64,000 bases of DNA from Thermoanaerobaculia bacterium (GCA_963816185.1 CAWFJJ010000005.1:128001-192000); one strand, 5' to 3'; counted from the first letter of the stretch, positions 8,803 through 19,404 are shown. Notes: generated from the sequence alone by a model not told the origin. Program-made: numbers and translations.

Positions 8803-11571
8803 ATGTCTCTCGAGCCGGGCACGCGCATCGGTCCCTTCGAGGTCCTCGCCCTCCTCGGGGCGGGAGGGATGGGTGAGGTCTACCGAGCGAGAGATCCTCG
8901 CCTCGGACGCGACGTCGCGGTAAAGGTGCTGCCGGAAGGATTCTTTGAAGGTGAAGAGAGGAGGCAGCGATTCGAGAGGGAAGCGAAGCTGCTGGCCTCG
9001 CTGAGCCACCCGAACATCGCGGCGATCTACTCATTCGAGGAAATCCCCTCTTCGTCGTCTTCGACGCGCCATCTTCTCGTCATGGAGCTCGTCGAGGGCG
9101 AGGGACTCGACCAGAAGATCGCATCCGGTCCTCTTCCGCTCGAAGAGTCTCTCTCGTACGCCGAGCAAATCGCCGAGGCCCTCGAGGCCGCGCACGAAAG
9201 GGGGATCGTGCACCGGGATCTCAAGCCAGCGAACGTCGCCATCTCGACCGAAGGCAAGGTCAAGCTCCTGGACTTCGGTCTCGCAAAGGCCTTCGAGCGC
9301 GACCCCTCGTCGGCGGAGCTTTCGCAGTCGCCGACACTCACGGCTCGAGGCACGGCCGCGGGCGTCGTACTCGGGACCGCGGCATACATGTCGCCGGAGC
9401 AGGCGCGTGGCCGGCCGCTCGACAGGCGGTCCGACATCTTCTCCTTCGGATGTCTTCTCTACGAGTGTCTCGCGGGCCGAAGGGCGTTCGGGGGCCAGAC
9501 GACCTCGGACATGATGGCGGCCGTCCTGACGGCAGAGCCCGACTGGTCGTCGCTCCGTGCAAACACCTCGCCGCGTCTGGCCGCCCTGCTCCGGCGCTGC
9601 CTGCAGAAGGATCCGGCACGGCGGCTTCGCGACATCGGCGATGCGCGCCTGGAGATCGAGGAGATCCGGTCGGAGGGATCCGCGCCGTTCCGGAGGGCCG
9701 GCTCGGTCGCCGGCGGGGGCGGTCCCGCTGCCGCAAGGCCGCGCGCGCCTCTCGTGTGGGGACTCGCCGGTCTCGTCGCCGGGGCACTCATCGTTCTGGC
9801 CGGCGTGAAGCTCGCGGGCCGTGCGGGAACCCCGTCTGTCGTCCCCTCGATACGCGCCGTCCTACCCCTCCCGGAGGGAAGCAGGATCTGGTTCGGGTTG
9901 TACCCCACCGTCGCGCTTTCGCCGGACGGTACGACGGCCGTTTTTCGGGCCAGCGATGCGGGCGTCGGACGCCTGTACCGGCGCCGGCTGGCCGGGGGAG
10001 AGGCGGAGCCGATTCCGGGCACGGAGGGGGGATGGGGGCCGTTCTTCTCTCCCGACGGCGAGTGGATCGGTTTTGCCACGCTGACGGAGCTGAAGAAGGT
10101 GCCGATGTCGGGCGGAGCGCCGAGCCGGATCGTCGAGCTTCCACCGGTTTCTCACGGGGCGACCTGGATATCCGACGGCTCGGTCGTCGTGGCCCGCGGG
10201 AACAACAACGGTCTCTACCGGATCGCTTCGTCCGGAGGTCCTCTCGAGCTTTTCCTCCCGCTTGATGCGGCTCGCGGCGAGCACGCGCTCCTCTGGCCGC
10301 AGGCGCTTCCTCGCGGCCGGGGCGTTCTCGCCACGATCGTCCGAGGCGAGGACTTCCAGGACATTCCGAGCGCCGAGGCGGCGGTCATCGAGCCCGCCAC
10401 CGGAAGACGCCATGTCCTGATCGAGGGAAGCACGTTCGCTCGTGTGGTGCCTCCCGGCTGGCTCGTCTTCGTGCGGGGCGGTTCGGTGTTCGCGGTCCGG
10501 CTCGATCTCTCGCACCTCCGGATCGAGGGAACTCCCGTCGCCGTCCGCGAACCCTTCGCCGTGGGCGCCTCGGCGGGCACGGCCAGCTTCGACGTCACGA
10601 ACGACGGAACGCTCGTCTTCGTCGAGGGGGGCCTCGTCCCGGAAGCCGTGACGTCCGTCGTTCTTCTCGACCGCGCGGGGCGCGAAACCATCCTGCCCCT
10701 CCCTCCGGGCGAGTACGACGACCCGGTCTTTTCGCCCGACGGCCGCCGCATCGCCGTGCAGAGGTGCGTCCTCATGTCTTGCAAGCTCCATGTCTTCGAC
10801 CGCGATCGCGGGGTCCTCTCGCCCCTCGCAACGGAGCCCGGTCGCTTCTTCGCTCCGGTCTGGTCGCCCGACGGCCGGCAGGTCGCCTTCTCGCACCTGA
10901 TGTCGAACGAGCCGCGAGCCGCGGTGCGGGCCGCCGACGGCAGCGGAGCCATCAGGCCGTTCCCGACGAAGGGCGACGACGCCGAGTTTCCGAACTCGTG
11001 GTCGCCGGACAACCGGTACCTTCTTTACACGGTCGCCTACGACACCGACCGGGGCGAGCTGCGCCGGCGAGGGACGTCCGACCTCTGGCTCCTCCCGCTG
11101 GACGGCTCGGGCCCGGCGCGCCCCTGGTTCGAGAGCCCGGCGCGTGAGGGCTCGGCCGCGATCTCGCCCGATGGGCGGTGGGCGGCGTACGTATCCAACG
11201 AAACGGGGCGCTTCGAGGTCTACGTCCGGCCGTTCCCGGAGGGAATGTCGAAGTTGAAGATCTCGCAGGATGGCGGGATCGAGCCGGCCTGGACGCGGAG
11301 CGGACGCGAGGTCGTGTACCGGGACCGCGATCGCTTCCTCGCCGCGGAGTTCCGTCCCGGCGCGGAGGCCACCGCGGGGACGCCCAAGCTGCTCTTCTCC
11401 GCGCATGTCGCCTCGGGCGGCGGCCGGACGGACACGCCGCGGAACTACGACGTCACGCGGGGGGGCGAGGAGTTCGTCGCGGTCCGGCCGGAGCGCCCCG
11501 AGAAGAAAGAAAACCGGCTCGCGATCGTGACACGTTGGAGCGCTGGTCTCGAGCAGTCCGCCCGAAAGTAA
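8803..11571 (+). CDS. Hanks-type Ser/Thr protein kinase with a hydrophobic segment and C-terminal PD40/TolB-like beta-propeller
   Basis: LGAGGMGEVY, VAVKVL, HRDLKPAN, DFGLAK, YMSPEQ; repeated SPDG blades. Start set to ATG 8803. Confidence 0.92.
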   Translation: MSLEPGTRIGPFEVLALLGAGGMGEVYRARDPRLGRDVAVKVLPEGFFEGEERRQRFEREAKLLASLSHPNIAAIYSFEEIPSSSSSTRHLLVMELVEGEGLDQKIASGPLPLEESLSYAEQIAEALEAAHERGIVHRDLKPANVAISTEGKVKLLDFGLAKAFERDPSSAELSQSPTLTARGTAAGVVLGTAAYMSPEQARGRPLDRRSDIFSFGCLLYECLAGRRAFGGQTTSDMMAAVLTAEPDWSSLRANTSPRLAALLRRCLQKDPARRLRDIGDARLEIEEIRSEGSAPFRRAGSVAGGGGPAAARPRAPLVWGLAGLVAGALIVLAGVKLAGRAGTPSVVPSIRAVLPLPEGSRIWFGLYPTVALSPDGTTAVFRASDAGVGRLYRRRLAGGEAEPIPGTEGGWGPFFSPDGEWIGFATLTELKKVPMSGGAPSRIVELPPVSHGATWISDGSVVVARGNNNGLYRIASSGGPLELFLPLDAARGEHALLWPQALPRGRGVLATIVRGEDFQDIPSAEAAVIEPATGRRHVLIEGSTFARVVPPGWLVFVRGGSVFAVRLDLSHLRIEGTPVAVREPFAVGASAGTASFDVTNDGTLVFVEGGLVPEAVTSVVLLDRAGRETILPLPPGEYDDPVFSPDGRRIAVQRCVLMSCKLHVFDRDRGVLSPLATEPGRFFAPVWSPDGRQVAFSHLMSNEPRAAVRAADGSGAIRPFPTKGDDAEFPNSWSPDNRYLLYTVAYDTDRGELRRRGTSDLWLLPLDGSGPARPWFESPAREGSAAISPDGRWAAYVSNETGRFEVYVRPFPEGMSKLKISQDGGIEPAWTRSGREVVYRDRDRFLAAEFRPGAEATAGTPKLLFSAHVASGGGRTDTPRNYDVTRGGEEFVAVRPERPEKKENRLAIVTRWSAGLEQSARK

Positions 11572-11688
11572 CGCAGCGTCCGGAACGACGACCGAGGCGT
11601 TGGGCGGACGCTCGCGACGTTCCATGACGCAAATGCCTCATGTACGTCTTCGGCCCGGACCCCACGTTGAAAGCGGGGGACCGAGAAA

Positions 11689-13440
11689 ATGGAAACCTTT
11701 GCGCTCAAATACGAATCCAAAGGTGCGACGACATCAGAGGTGCCGTACCGCGGCACGCGCCTCCTCCGGCATCCCATGTACAACAAAGGAACGTCCTTCA
11801 ACGCGCAGGAACGGAAGGACTTCGGGCTTGAAGGGTTGCTGCCAACCGCCGTGAGCACCATGGAGCAGCAGGAACGGCGGATCTACGCCAATATCTCGCG
11901 GAAGCCGGACCCGTTCGAAAAGTACATCGGCCTGGCGGCCTTGCAAGACCGCAACGAGCATCTCTTCTACCGCCTCCTGATCGACCACGTGGAGGAGTTC
12001 CTGCCCATCGTCTATACGCCCACGGTGGGCCGGGTGTGCCAGGAGTTCAGCCACATCTTCCGGCGCGCCCGCGGGCTCTGGATCACGCCCGCGCACCGCG
12101 GGCGAATCTACGAGGTTCTCGGCAACGCTCCGTTCGACGACGTCCGTCTCATCGTCGTGACCGACAACGAGCGCATCCTCGGGCTCGGCGACCAGGGCGC
12201 CGGGGGCATGGGGATTCCGATCGGCAAGCTCGCGCTCTACACGACGGCCGCGGGTATCCACCCGTCGCACACGCTTCCGATCAGTCTCGACGTCGGTACG
12301 GACAACGAATCGCTCCTCAAGGACGAGCTCTACCTCGGCTGGCGGCTTCCGCGCCTGCGCGGCCCGGAGTACGACTCGTTCGTCGAGGAATTCGTCCAGG
12401 CCGTGAAGAAGCGCTTCCCGAAGGCGCTCCTGCAATGGGAGGACTTCAAGAAGGTCAACGCCTTCCGGCTGCTGGATCGCTACCGGAAGGTGATCACCTG
12501 CTTCAACGACGACATCCAGGGCACCTCCGCCGTGGCCACGGCCGGCATCATGGCGGGCTGCCGGGCGACCGGGATTCCGTTCAAGGACCAGCGCGTCGTC
12601 ATCCTGGGGGCGGGCGCGGCCGGGGTCGGCATCGCCCGGCTGCTGCGCGACACGTTCCGGCGCGCGGGCCTCGAAGGCGAGAGCCTGACTCGCGCGATCG
12701 CGAACCTCGACAGCCGCGGGCTCGTCGTGGACGACACGGAGATCAAGGACGTCCACAAGCGGGACTTCGCATGGCCGGCGGCTCTCGCGGAGAAGATGGG
12801 TCTCAAGAAGGGCTCGCCGCGGGATCTCCTGGCCGTCGTCCGGGCGGTGAAGCCCACGGTCCTGATCGGCACGTCCGCCGAACCGGGCACGTTCACGGAA
12901 GCGATCGTGCGTGAGATGGCGAAACACGTCGAACGGCCCGTCATCTTCCCGATGTCGAACCCGACGAGCAAGAGCGAAGCAAAGCCCGCGGATCTCGTCG
13001 CCTGGACGAACGGACGCGCGCTCATCGCCACCGGAAGCCCGTTCGACCCGGTGCCTTACCAGGGCCGGATGATCACGATCGGCCAGGGCAACAACGTCTT
13101 CATCTTTCCCGGCGTCGGACTCGGCGTCCTCGTGGCCCAGGCGAAGGAGGTCACCGACGGGATGTTCGCCGTGGCCGCGCAGCGGCTCGCCGACGAGGTG
13201 AAACCCTCGGATCTCGCTTCCGGAAGCCTCTTCCCGTCCGCGCACGAGATCAGGCGCATCAGCGCGCGAATCGCCGAGGCGGTCGTGGTCGAGGCGCGGA
13301 ACTCGGGTGTGGGGCGGCCGATCCCCGACGCGGAGATCCCGAAAGCGGTCGCCGCGATGATCTGGGAGCCGGCCTATCTCCCGATGGTGCCGGCGCCCAC
13401 TCACGCGGAGATGCCGAAACTCTCGCCGGTTCTCGTCTGA
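11689..13440 (+). CDS. maeA: NAD-dependent malic enzyme
   Basis: YNKGTSF, PIVYTPTVG, ILGLGDQG, QWEDF, FNDDIQGT, GAGAAG, SNPT, QGNN motifs. Confidence 0.95.
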   Translation: METFALKYESKGATTSEVPYRGTRLLRHPMYNKGTSFNAQERKDFGLEGLLPTAVSTMEQQERRIYANISRKPDPFEKYIGLAALQDRNEHLFYRLLIDHVEEFLPIVYTPTVGRVCQEFSHIFRRARGLWITPAHRGRIYEVLGNAPFDDVRLIVVTDNERILGLGDQGAGGMGIPIGKLALYTTAAGIHPSHTLPISLDVGTDNESLLKDELYLGWRLPRLRGPEYDSFVEEFVQAVKKRFPKALLQWEDFKKVNAFRLLDRYRKVITCFNDDIQGTSAVATAGIMAGCRATGIPFKDQRVVILGAGAAGVGIARLLRDTFRRAGLEGESLTRAIANLDSRGLVVDDTEIKDVHKRDFAWPAALAEKMGLKKGSPRDLLAVVRAVKPTVLIGTSAEPGTFTEAIVREMAKHVERPVIFPMSNPTSKSEAKPADLVAWTNGRALIATGSPFDPVPYQGRMITIGQGNNVFIFPGVGLGVLVAQAKEVTDGMFAVAAQRLADEVKPSDLASGSLFPSAHEIRRISARIAEAVVVEARNSGVGRPIPDAEIPKAVAAMIWEPAYLPMVPAPTHAEMPKLSPVLV

Positions 13441-13465
13441 AGTCCTCTTCGAAAGGCGCCCCCGC

Positions 13466-13497
13466 GCGCCCGTGCCCGAAAGGCACGGGCGCTTTTT
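13466..13497 (+). terminator. Intrinsic terminator after the malic enzyme gene
   Basis: 11-bp stem GCGCCCGTGCC/GGCACGGGCGC, loop CGAAA, followed by a T run. Confidence 0.8.
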
Positions 13498-13514
13498 CTC
13501 TCAGGGCGGGCGCG

Positions 13515-14885
13515 TCAGTCTGCCTTCATCGCCCAGCGGAAGATCTCGGGCAGCGTGGGCTTCTTGCCGTACATGAGGATGCCCACGCGGTAGATTCGCC
13601 CCGCGAACCACGCGACGGCGACGATCGTCGCGACGAGAAGCGCGACGGACGTCGCGATCTGCCAGAGCGGCGGCGTCTGGACGGAGATGCGCATGAACAT
13701 CATGAGCGGCGCCGTGAACGGGAAGAAGGAGAGCACCGTCGCGAGCGTGCCGTTCGGCTGGTTGAACGCGAAGAACCACGTCGTCGACGTGAGAATCAAC
13801 ATCATGCCGGGGATCATGACGAACTGCTGCGCCTCCTGCTCCGTGTTGAAGGGCGCCGAGAGCGCGGCGTAGAGCGAGGAGTAGAGGAAGTACCCGAGCA
13901 GGAAGAAGAGGACGAACGCGCCGATCGTCCCGACGGGGATGTGCGGTAAGCCCTCGGTCATGCCGAGAACGGCCACGGCGCCCGGGACGGTGACGGCGAG
14001 TGCGAGACACGCCCAGACCGCGTACTGCGTGAGGCCGACGAGGCCGATCCCGAGGATCTTCCCGAGCATGAGCGTCGTCGGCCTGACCGACGAGACGATC
14101 ACCTCCACGATGCGGTTGTTCTTCTCCTCGAGGACGCCGCGCATGATGTAGGCGCCGTAGATGAAGATCGAGATGTAGATGAGGAAGGTGAACACTCCCG
14201 AGATCGCGAGGTTCATGCCGACGTTCTTGCCGCTCTCGCCGCTCTCGATTTCCTTGGCCTCGTGCGGCTCGAGGTCCACGCGGAGGCGGGCCGCGTCGTA
14301 CAGACTCGGATCGACGCCCCGGTCCTTGAGGCGCTCCTTCGTCGCCGCGCGGGAAATGTAGCTCGCGATCTGCTCGCGCATGACGACCTCGGCCTTGACG
14401 GATTGGGCGCGCCACTCGGCGGCGCCCGTCTCCAGCGTCTGCGGCGTCAGGACGATGTACGCCTTGATGCGCCCCTTCTGGACGTCGTCGTTGAGCTTCT
14501 TGCGCACGGAGGGGAGCGTCTCGGGCGTCGCGTCCACCTTGAAGAGATCGAGCTGCGTCGTGATCTTCGGCTTCTGCGCCTGGGTCGCCTTCTCGAGAGT
14601 CTCGGCATCCGAAAGCTTCTCTTTCTTCTTCGCGTCGGCCTTCTTCGTCTCGTCCTCGTCCCCGGGCCGCGCCTTGTACTCGGCGACGATCCCGTCGTAG
14701 AGCCGGCCGGAGAGATCCACGACGCCGATGCGGCCCTTCGCGACGAGCGTCCTCTGGAGCGCGACCTGCACGAAGATGAAAACGAGGAAGAGCGACGGGA
14801 TCAGGAACGTCGCGATCCAGAATGCCTTCGTCCGGACCTGCTGGAGGTACTCCCGCCTGATGATCGCGAAAAGCTTCGAGCTCAT
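13515..14885 (-). CDS. ABC-2 type transporter permease (NatB/YhaP-like)
   Basis: REYLQQVRTKAF N-terminus, EEKNNRIVEVIVSS, GKILG, RIYRVGILMYGKK. Start ATG 14885. Confidence 0.9.
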   Translation of the reverse strand: MSSKLFAIIRREYLQQVRTKAFWIATFLIPSLFLVFIFVQVALQRTLVAKGRIGVVDLSGRLYDGIVAEYKARPGDEDETKKADAKKKEKLSDAETLEKATQAQKPKITTQLDLFKVDATPETLPSVRKKLNDDVQKGRIKAYIVLTPQTLETGAAEWRAQSVKAEVVMREQIASYISRAATKERLKDRGVDPSLYDAARLRVDLEPHEAKEIESGESGKNVGMNLAISGVFTFLIYISIFIYGAYIMRGVLEEKNNRIVEVIVSSVRPTTLMLGKILGIGLVGLTQYAVWACLALAVTVPGAVAVLGMTEGLPHIPVGTIGAFVLFFLLGYFLYSSLYAALSAPFNTEQEAQQFVMIPGMMLILTSTTWFFAFNQPNGTLATVLSFFPFTAPLMMFMRISVQTPPLWQIATSVALLVATIVAVAWFAGRIYRVGILMYGKKPTLPEIFRWAMKAD

Positions 14886-14887
14886 GG

Positions 14888-15673
14888 CTATTTCAGCTCC
14901 TCGGCGGTCGGAGCCTCGAGGCCCGACTCCTGAACGCACTTGATGAAGATCTTCTCCAGCTCCGGCTCGGGCTCGACCGGCGGCGGCAGCGGCACCCTGC
15001 CGAGATATGCATGCTTGATGTCTTTTAAAGTGCCGTCGAGGATCTTCCTGCCGCGGAAGAGAAGCGCGATCGAGCCGCACATCTTCTCGGCCTGCTCGAG
15101 GACGTGCGTCGAGAAGATGACCGTCTTACCCTGCCTCTTGAACTCCGTCAGGAAGTCTTTGACGAGGATCACGTTCATCGGATCGAGACCGGAGAACGGC
15201 TCGTCGAGGATGAGCACCTCCGGGTCGTGCACGAGCGTGCCGAGGAACTGCACCTTCTGCTGCATGCCCTTGCTCAGCTCCTCGGTCTTCTTCTGGAGCC
15301 ACGGCCTGAGGTCCATCGAGTCGATCCAGGGCGAGAGGCGCTTCATCGCCGTGTTCTTGTCCACGCTCTTGATCGAGGCGAAGAAGAGAAGCTGGTCGAC
15401 GACCTTCATCTTCCGGTAGAGGCCGCGCTCCTCGGGCAGGTAGCCGATCCTCTCCTGCAGCGAGTCGCTCATCTTCTCGCCGAGCACGCGGATCTCGCCC
15501 GCATCCGGCTTCGTGATGTTCATGATCATCCGGATCGTGGTCGTCTTGCCGGCGCCGTTCGGGCCGAGGAGTCCGAACGTCGTTCCGTGCGGGATCTCCA
15601 GGTCGAGGCCGTCGACGGCCGCGAATTTGCCGAACCGCTTCACGACACCCTGGAGAGAGATCGCGGCCGACAT
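14888..15673 (-). CDS. ABC transporter ATP-binding protein
   Basis: GPNGAGKTT, LSKGMQQK signature, ILDEPFSGLD, STH. Confidence 0.95.
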   Translation of the reverse strand: MSAAISLQGVVKRFGKFAAVDGLDLEIPHGTTFGLLGPNGAGKTTTIRMIMNITKPDAGEIRVLGEKMSDSLQERIGYLPEERGLYRKMKVVDQLLFFASIKSVDKNTAMKRLSPWIDSMDLRPWLQKKTEELSKGMQQKVQFLGTLVHDPEVLILDEPFSGLDPMNVILVKDFLTEFKRQGKTVIFSTHVLEQAEKMCGSIALLFRGRKILDGTLKDIKHAYLGRVPLPPPVEPEPELEKIFIKCVQESGLEAPTAEELK

Positions 15674-15830
15674 GCGGGTTTTCCTCCTGAATCAGGTTCG
15701 GACGATATACGCGCAGAGCGGGTCGAAGTTTAGGCGACGCGTGACGAGCGCCTCCGACGTGCCGCGAATGCAGGGACTTGCGCCGCCCGCCCCCTTCCGC
15801 TAGTGTCTCCTCTCCGCGCGGTTCTCGCGT

Positions 15831-15908
15831 GCGCCCATAGCTCAACTGGATCAGAGCGTTTGACTACGGATCAAAAGGTTGGGGGTTCGACTCCTCCTGG
15901 GCGCACCA
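15831..15908 (+). tRNA. tRNA-Arg (ACG)
   Basis: GCGCCCATAGCTCAACTGGATCAGAGCGTTTGACTACGGATCAAAAGGTTGGGGGTTCGACTCCTCCTGGGCGCACCA; anticodon ACG, CCA end. Confidence 0.96.
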
Positions 15909-15914
15909 ACTATC

Positions 15915-15949
15915 CCCTCGCCGTGGAAGAACTTCGAACGCGCGCCGTC
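15915..15949 (+). repeat. 35-bp direct repeat, copy 1
   Basis: CCCTCGCCgtgGAaGAACTTCGAACGCGCGCCGTC; 31/35 identical to 19405-19439, last 21 bp identical. Confidence 0.85.
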
Positions 15950-16052
15950 TAGCCCATCGAGCGTAACGCTTCATCGAAGGCTATGCATGTGCATCAGGCG
16001 CTCGCGACGCCGATTCGTTTAGCCTCGCGTACGATGAACCCATAAGAGGTCA

Positions 16053-19000
16053 ATGATGCGACAGAGTCGCAAGAGGTCGTCTTGGCCCATTCTGGCAATG
16101 CTGTTGGGAGTCCTCGCGGCATCGCCTGTCAGCGCTCAGTCCTACCAGGTTCTTCATGCCTTCAGCCCCTCTCCGACGAGCCCGCGGACACCGCTCGTGC
16201 AGGGAACCGACGGCAACTTCTACGGGACGACGTCCGACGCGGAGGAGGGCGGCAGCGGCTCGATCTTCAGGATAACGACCGCCGGAGCGGTGACCACGCT
16301 GTACCGCTTCTCAGGGCCGGACGGAACCGCGCCGAACGGCCTCGTCCAGGCTAGCGACGGCAACTTCTATGGAACGACTGCCGGGGGAGGCGCGAACGGC
16401 GGCGGAACGGTCTTCAGGCTGACCCCGATCGGCGCACTGACGACCCTCTACTTCTTCTCCGGCGGCGACGGGTACCATCCGGTCGCCGGTCTGATTCAGG
16501 GGAGCGACGGCAATCTGTACGGGACGACATCCGCCGGCGGTCTCAATGAACAGGGAATCGCGTTCCGGGTTTCACTCTCCGGTGTTTTGACGAGACTCCA
16601 CGACTTCTCGGGAGCGGATGGGGCGTTTCCAAACAGCCTCGTTCAGGGAACCGACGGGTACCTCTACGGGACGACGTCGCTGGGAGGAAGCGGGGACTGC
16701 GGCACCGTCTTTCGGATGACCGCGGCTGGCGCCGTGACGAGCCTCTACTCGTTCTCGTTGCCCCCGCATTACGGCACGATCGGCCCCTCCGATCTCGTTC
16801 AGGGGAGCGACGGCGATTTCTACGGAACGACCTCGGGAGGGGGAGGCGGCGGCGTCGGAATGGTCTACAAGATAACGCCGGCCGGGGCGGTGACGACGCT
16901 GGATTCCTTCTACGCCGGAGGTCCGGAGTATCCGAGCGGCATCATCGTGGGTGCGGACGGGGCGTTCTACGGGACCTCGACGTCGGGCGGCGAAAACGGC
17001 GTCGGGGTGGTCTTCAGGATGAGCCCCTCGGGAGACGTCACGACGTTGTTCTCTTTCTCAGGAGGCGACGGTGGTACGCCCGGTGCGCGCCTTGTCCAGG
17101 GGAACGACGGCAACCTTTACGGAACGACCTCGTCGGGCGGCACGGCCTTCGACGGAACGGTCTTCAGGATCACCCTATCCGGGGTTTTGACCTCGCTCTT
17201 CTCCTTCACGAACGGCGAGGGGTCCGGGCCTTCTGCCGGCCTCGTGCAAGCGAGCGACGGGAGTTTTTACGGCACGACTTTCCGGGGCGGCGTGTTCGGA
17301 TACGGCACCGTTTTCAGTTTGGCTCCGTCAGGCACGTTCGCGACCGTGCACTCGTTTCTGGGTGATGACGGGGCCGGGTCATTCGCCGTCCTCGTGGAGG
17401 GGAGCGCGGGCAATCTGTACGGAACGACACGCGACGGCGGCACGACGGGTTGGGGGACGCTGTTCTCCGTGACGACCGGGGGGGTCCTCTCGAGCCTCCA
17501 TTCCTTTTCGGTCGGCGATGGGTCCGACCCTGTCTCGGGTCTCGCTCAGGGGTCAGACGGGAATTTCTACGGCACCACGTACGACGGCGGCGGAACCAAC
17601 CGGGGCACCGTCTTCCGGATGACGCCCGGAGGAGCAGTCACGACGCTGTACTCCTTCTCGGGAAACGACGGCTCGAATCCGAGTACGAGCCTTGTCCCGG
17701 GGAACGACGGAAACTTCTACGGCACGACGCTCTTCGGCGGTGCGGGCTACGGGACCATTTTCCGGATCACCCCCGCTGGAGGCCTGACGACGCTTCAAGC
17801 GTTCTCAGGAACGAACTCGGCGTTTCCGAACGGTCTCACCTTGGGCCGCGACGGGAACTTCTACGGAACGACCAGGGGACAGTTTTCCCCAGGCTGCGAG
17901 ATCTTCAGGATGACCCCTTCCGGGACCCTCACGACGCTTTATGTGTTTCCGGCGAGCTTCGCTGTCGATTGTCCCGCTGGCCCTCTCCTGCAAGGTGCGA
18001 ACGGAGATTTCTTCGGGACGACGTACGGCGGCGGCACCAACTCTGAGGGGAGCATCTTCGAGATGACCCCGGCGGGGAGCCTGACCACGTTGTACTCGTT
18101 CTTCGGGCCCGAGGGCTCGAGCCCGCTTGCGCCCTTGGCCCAGGGAGCCGACGGTGACCTCTACGGGGCGACGAACCTCGGCGGGCCATCGAACATCGGC
18201 GTCATCTTCCGCTTCAATCCATCGGGACCGCCGACTCCTCAGGCGGTCGTGAGCGGCGGTGGGTCCATCTGTCCGGGACGCTCGACCAGCGTCCAGGCAG
18301 CGCTGACGGGCACTGCACCGTGGAGCCTGACCTGGTCCGACGGGTTCACCCAGACCGGGATCACGGCATCTCCGGCGAGCCGCACAGTGTCTCCCCAATC
18401 GACGATCGTCTACACGCTGTCCGCCATCTCGGATGCGAACGGCCCGGGTCTTTCGTCCGGGTCGGCGACGGTGCTTGTCACACAACCGCTCTCGGCAGTG
18501 ATGATCTCGCCCACGACGCCGGTCCTTCTGTGCGCCGGGTCGTCGGGAACCTCCGCCTCCCTCAACGCGGTTTCCGTCGGAGGGGGAACATCCACCTATC
18601 AGTGGGGCTATCGCACCGTTTCCGGGGGCGCCATCACGCCGATTCAGGGGCTGGTCGGCTACTACGCGTATTTCGGAGGAACCTCTTTCCCGGGACCGGG
18701 TAACTACCTGATGGTTGTAACCGCGACTCCGTCCTGCGGCAGCCCGATGGTCTCGAACGAAGTCCCGGTCACGGTCGTACCGGCTCTCGACAACCCAATC
18801 ATCACGGCTCCTGCCTGGGTCGCGCCGGGCGCCGCGAACCTGACGGCCTCGGTCGCTGCGCAGGCGGGCGTGAGTTATAGCTGGATGATGAGCAATGGAT
18901 TCATCACGGGCGGCGGCGGCACCAATCAGATCACGTTCACCGCGGGCACTACCGGAACCGTGACCCTCTCTGTCGCGGAGTACACGTCAGCATGCTCGAC

Positions 19001-19400
19001 CCCGTGGGTCAACGCGACGATACCAATTACCTCGCCAACCTCCTTCTATACGGCTACCCCTTGCCGCCAGCTCGACACGCGAACCGGCGGCACACCCATC
19101 GCGGCGGGAGGAACGCTGACCGTCCCGCTTGCCGGGGCGCCCTGTTCGATCCCCTCGACCGTGAGGTCCGTCTCGGTCAACGTGACCGTCACCCAGCAGA
19201 CCGCGACGGGAGACCTGACGATTTACCCTGCGGACCAGGGTCAACCGGGCACGACGACCCTCAGCTTCTCGCCGGGCAGGACACGCGCGAACAACGCCAT
19301 CCTCCTTCTCTCGTCGGACGGGCTGGGAGACGTGACGATCTTCAACAACTCGCTCGGGCAGGTTCACCTCATCATCGACGTGAACGGCTACTTCCAGTGA
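16053..19400 (+). CDS. Secreted choice-of-anchor tandem-repeat (GloVer/Gloeo_Verruco-like) protein with Ig-like stalk and C-terminal domain
   Basis: Signal peptide ending VSA-Q; 14 repeats of LVQGxDGNFYGTT..GG....G.VFR.T; C-terminal FYTATPCRQLDTR...HLIIDVNGYFQ. Confidence 0.88.
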   Translation: MMRQSRKRSSWPILAMLLGVLAASPVSAQSYQVLHAFSPSPTSPRTPLVQGTDGNFYGTTSDAEEGGSGSIFRITTAGAVTTLYRFSGPDGTAPNGLVQASDGNFYGTTAGGGANGGGTVFRLTPIGALTTLYFFSGGDGYHPVAGLIQGSDGNLYGTTSAGGLNEQGIAFRVSLSGVLTRLHDFSGADGAFPNSLVQGTDGYLYGTTSLGGSGDCGTVFRMTAAGAVTSLYSFSLPPHYGTIGPSDLVQGSDGDFYGTTSGGGGGGVGMVYKITPAGAVTTLDSFYAGGPEYPSGIIVGADGAFYGTSTSGGENGVGVVFRMSPSGDVTTLFSFSGGDGGTPGARLVQGNDGNLYGTTSSGGTAFDGTVFRITLSGVLTSLFSFTNGEGSGPSAGLVQASDGSFYGTTFRGGVFGYGTVFSLAPSGTFATVHSFLGDDGAGSFAVLVEGSAGNLYGTTRDGGTTGWGTLFSVTTGGVLSSLHSFSVGDGSDPVSGLAQGSDGNFYGTTYDGGGTNRGTVFRMTPGGAVTTLYSFSGNDGSNPSTSLVPGNDGNFYGTTLFGGAGYGTIFRITPAGGLTTLQAFSGTNSAFPNGLTLGRDGNFYGTTRGQFSPGCEIFRMTPSGTLTTLYVFPASFAVDCPAGPLLQGANGDFFGTTYGGGTNSEGSIFEMTPAGSLTTLYSFFGPEGSSPLAPLAQGADGDLYGATNLGGPSNIGVIFRFNPSGPPTPQAVVSGGGSICPGRSTSVQAALTGTAPWSLTWSDGFTQTGITASPASRTVSPQSTIVYTLSAISDANGPGLSSGSATVLVTQPLSAVMISPTTPVLLCAGSSGTSASLNAVSVGGGTSTYQWGYRTVSGGAITPIQGLVGYYAYFGGTSFPGPGNYLMVVTATPSCGSPMVSNEVPVTVVPALDNPIITAPAWVAPGAANLTASVAAQAGVSYSWMMSNGFITGGGGTNQITFTAGTTGTVTLSVAEYTSACSTPWVNATIPITSPTSFYTATPCRQLDTRTGGTPIAAGGTLTVPLAGAPCSIPSTVRSVSVNVTVTQQTATGDLTIYPADQGQPGTTTLSFSPGRTRANNAILLLSSDGLGDVTIFNNSLGQVHLIIDVNGYFQ

Positions 19401-19404
19401 GGGT

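Noticed and set aside
4725-8828. 1367-aa ORF suggesting a giant M16 fusion
   Set aside because: The extension is the antisense of ychF and runs through tRNA-Glu; the real gene begins at 7460 with a signal peptide.
16190-18220. Periodic DNA repeats (about 155 bp) resembling an array
   Set aside because: They are degenerate codon-level repeats of the GloVer-like protein; there are no identical repeats with unique spacers and no cas genes, so this is not CRISPR.
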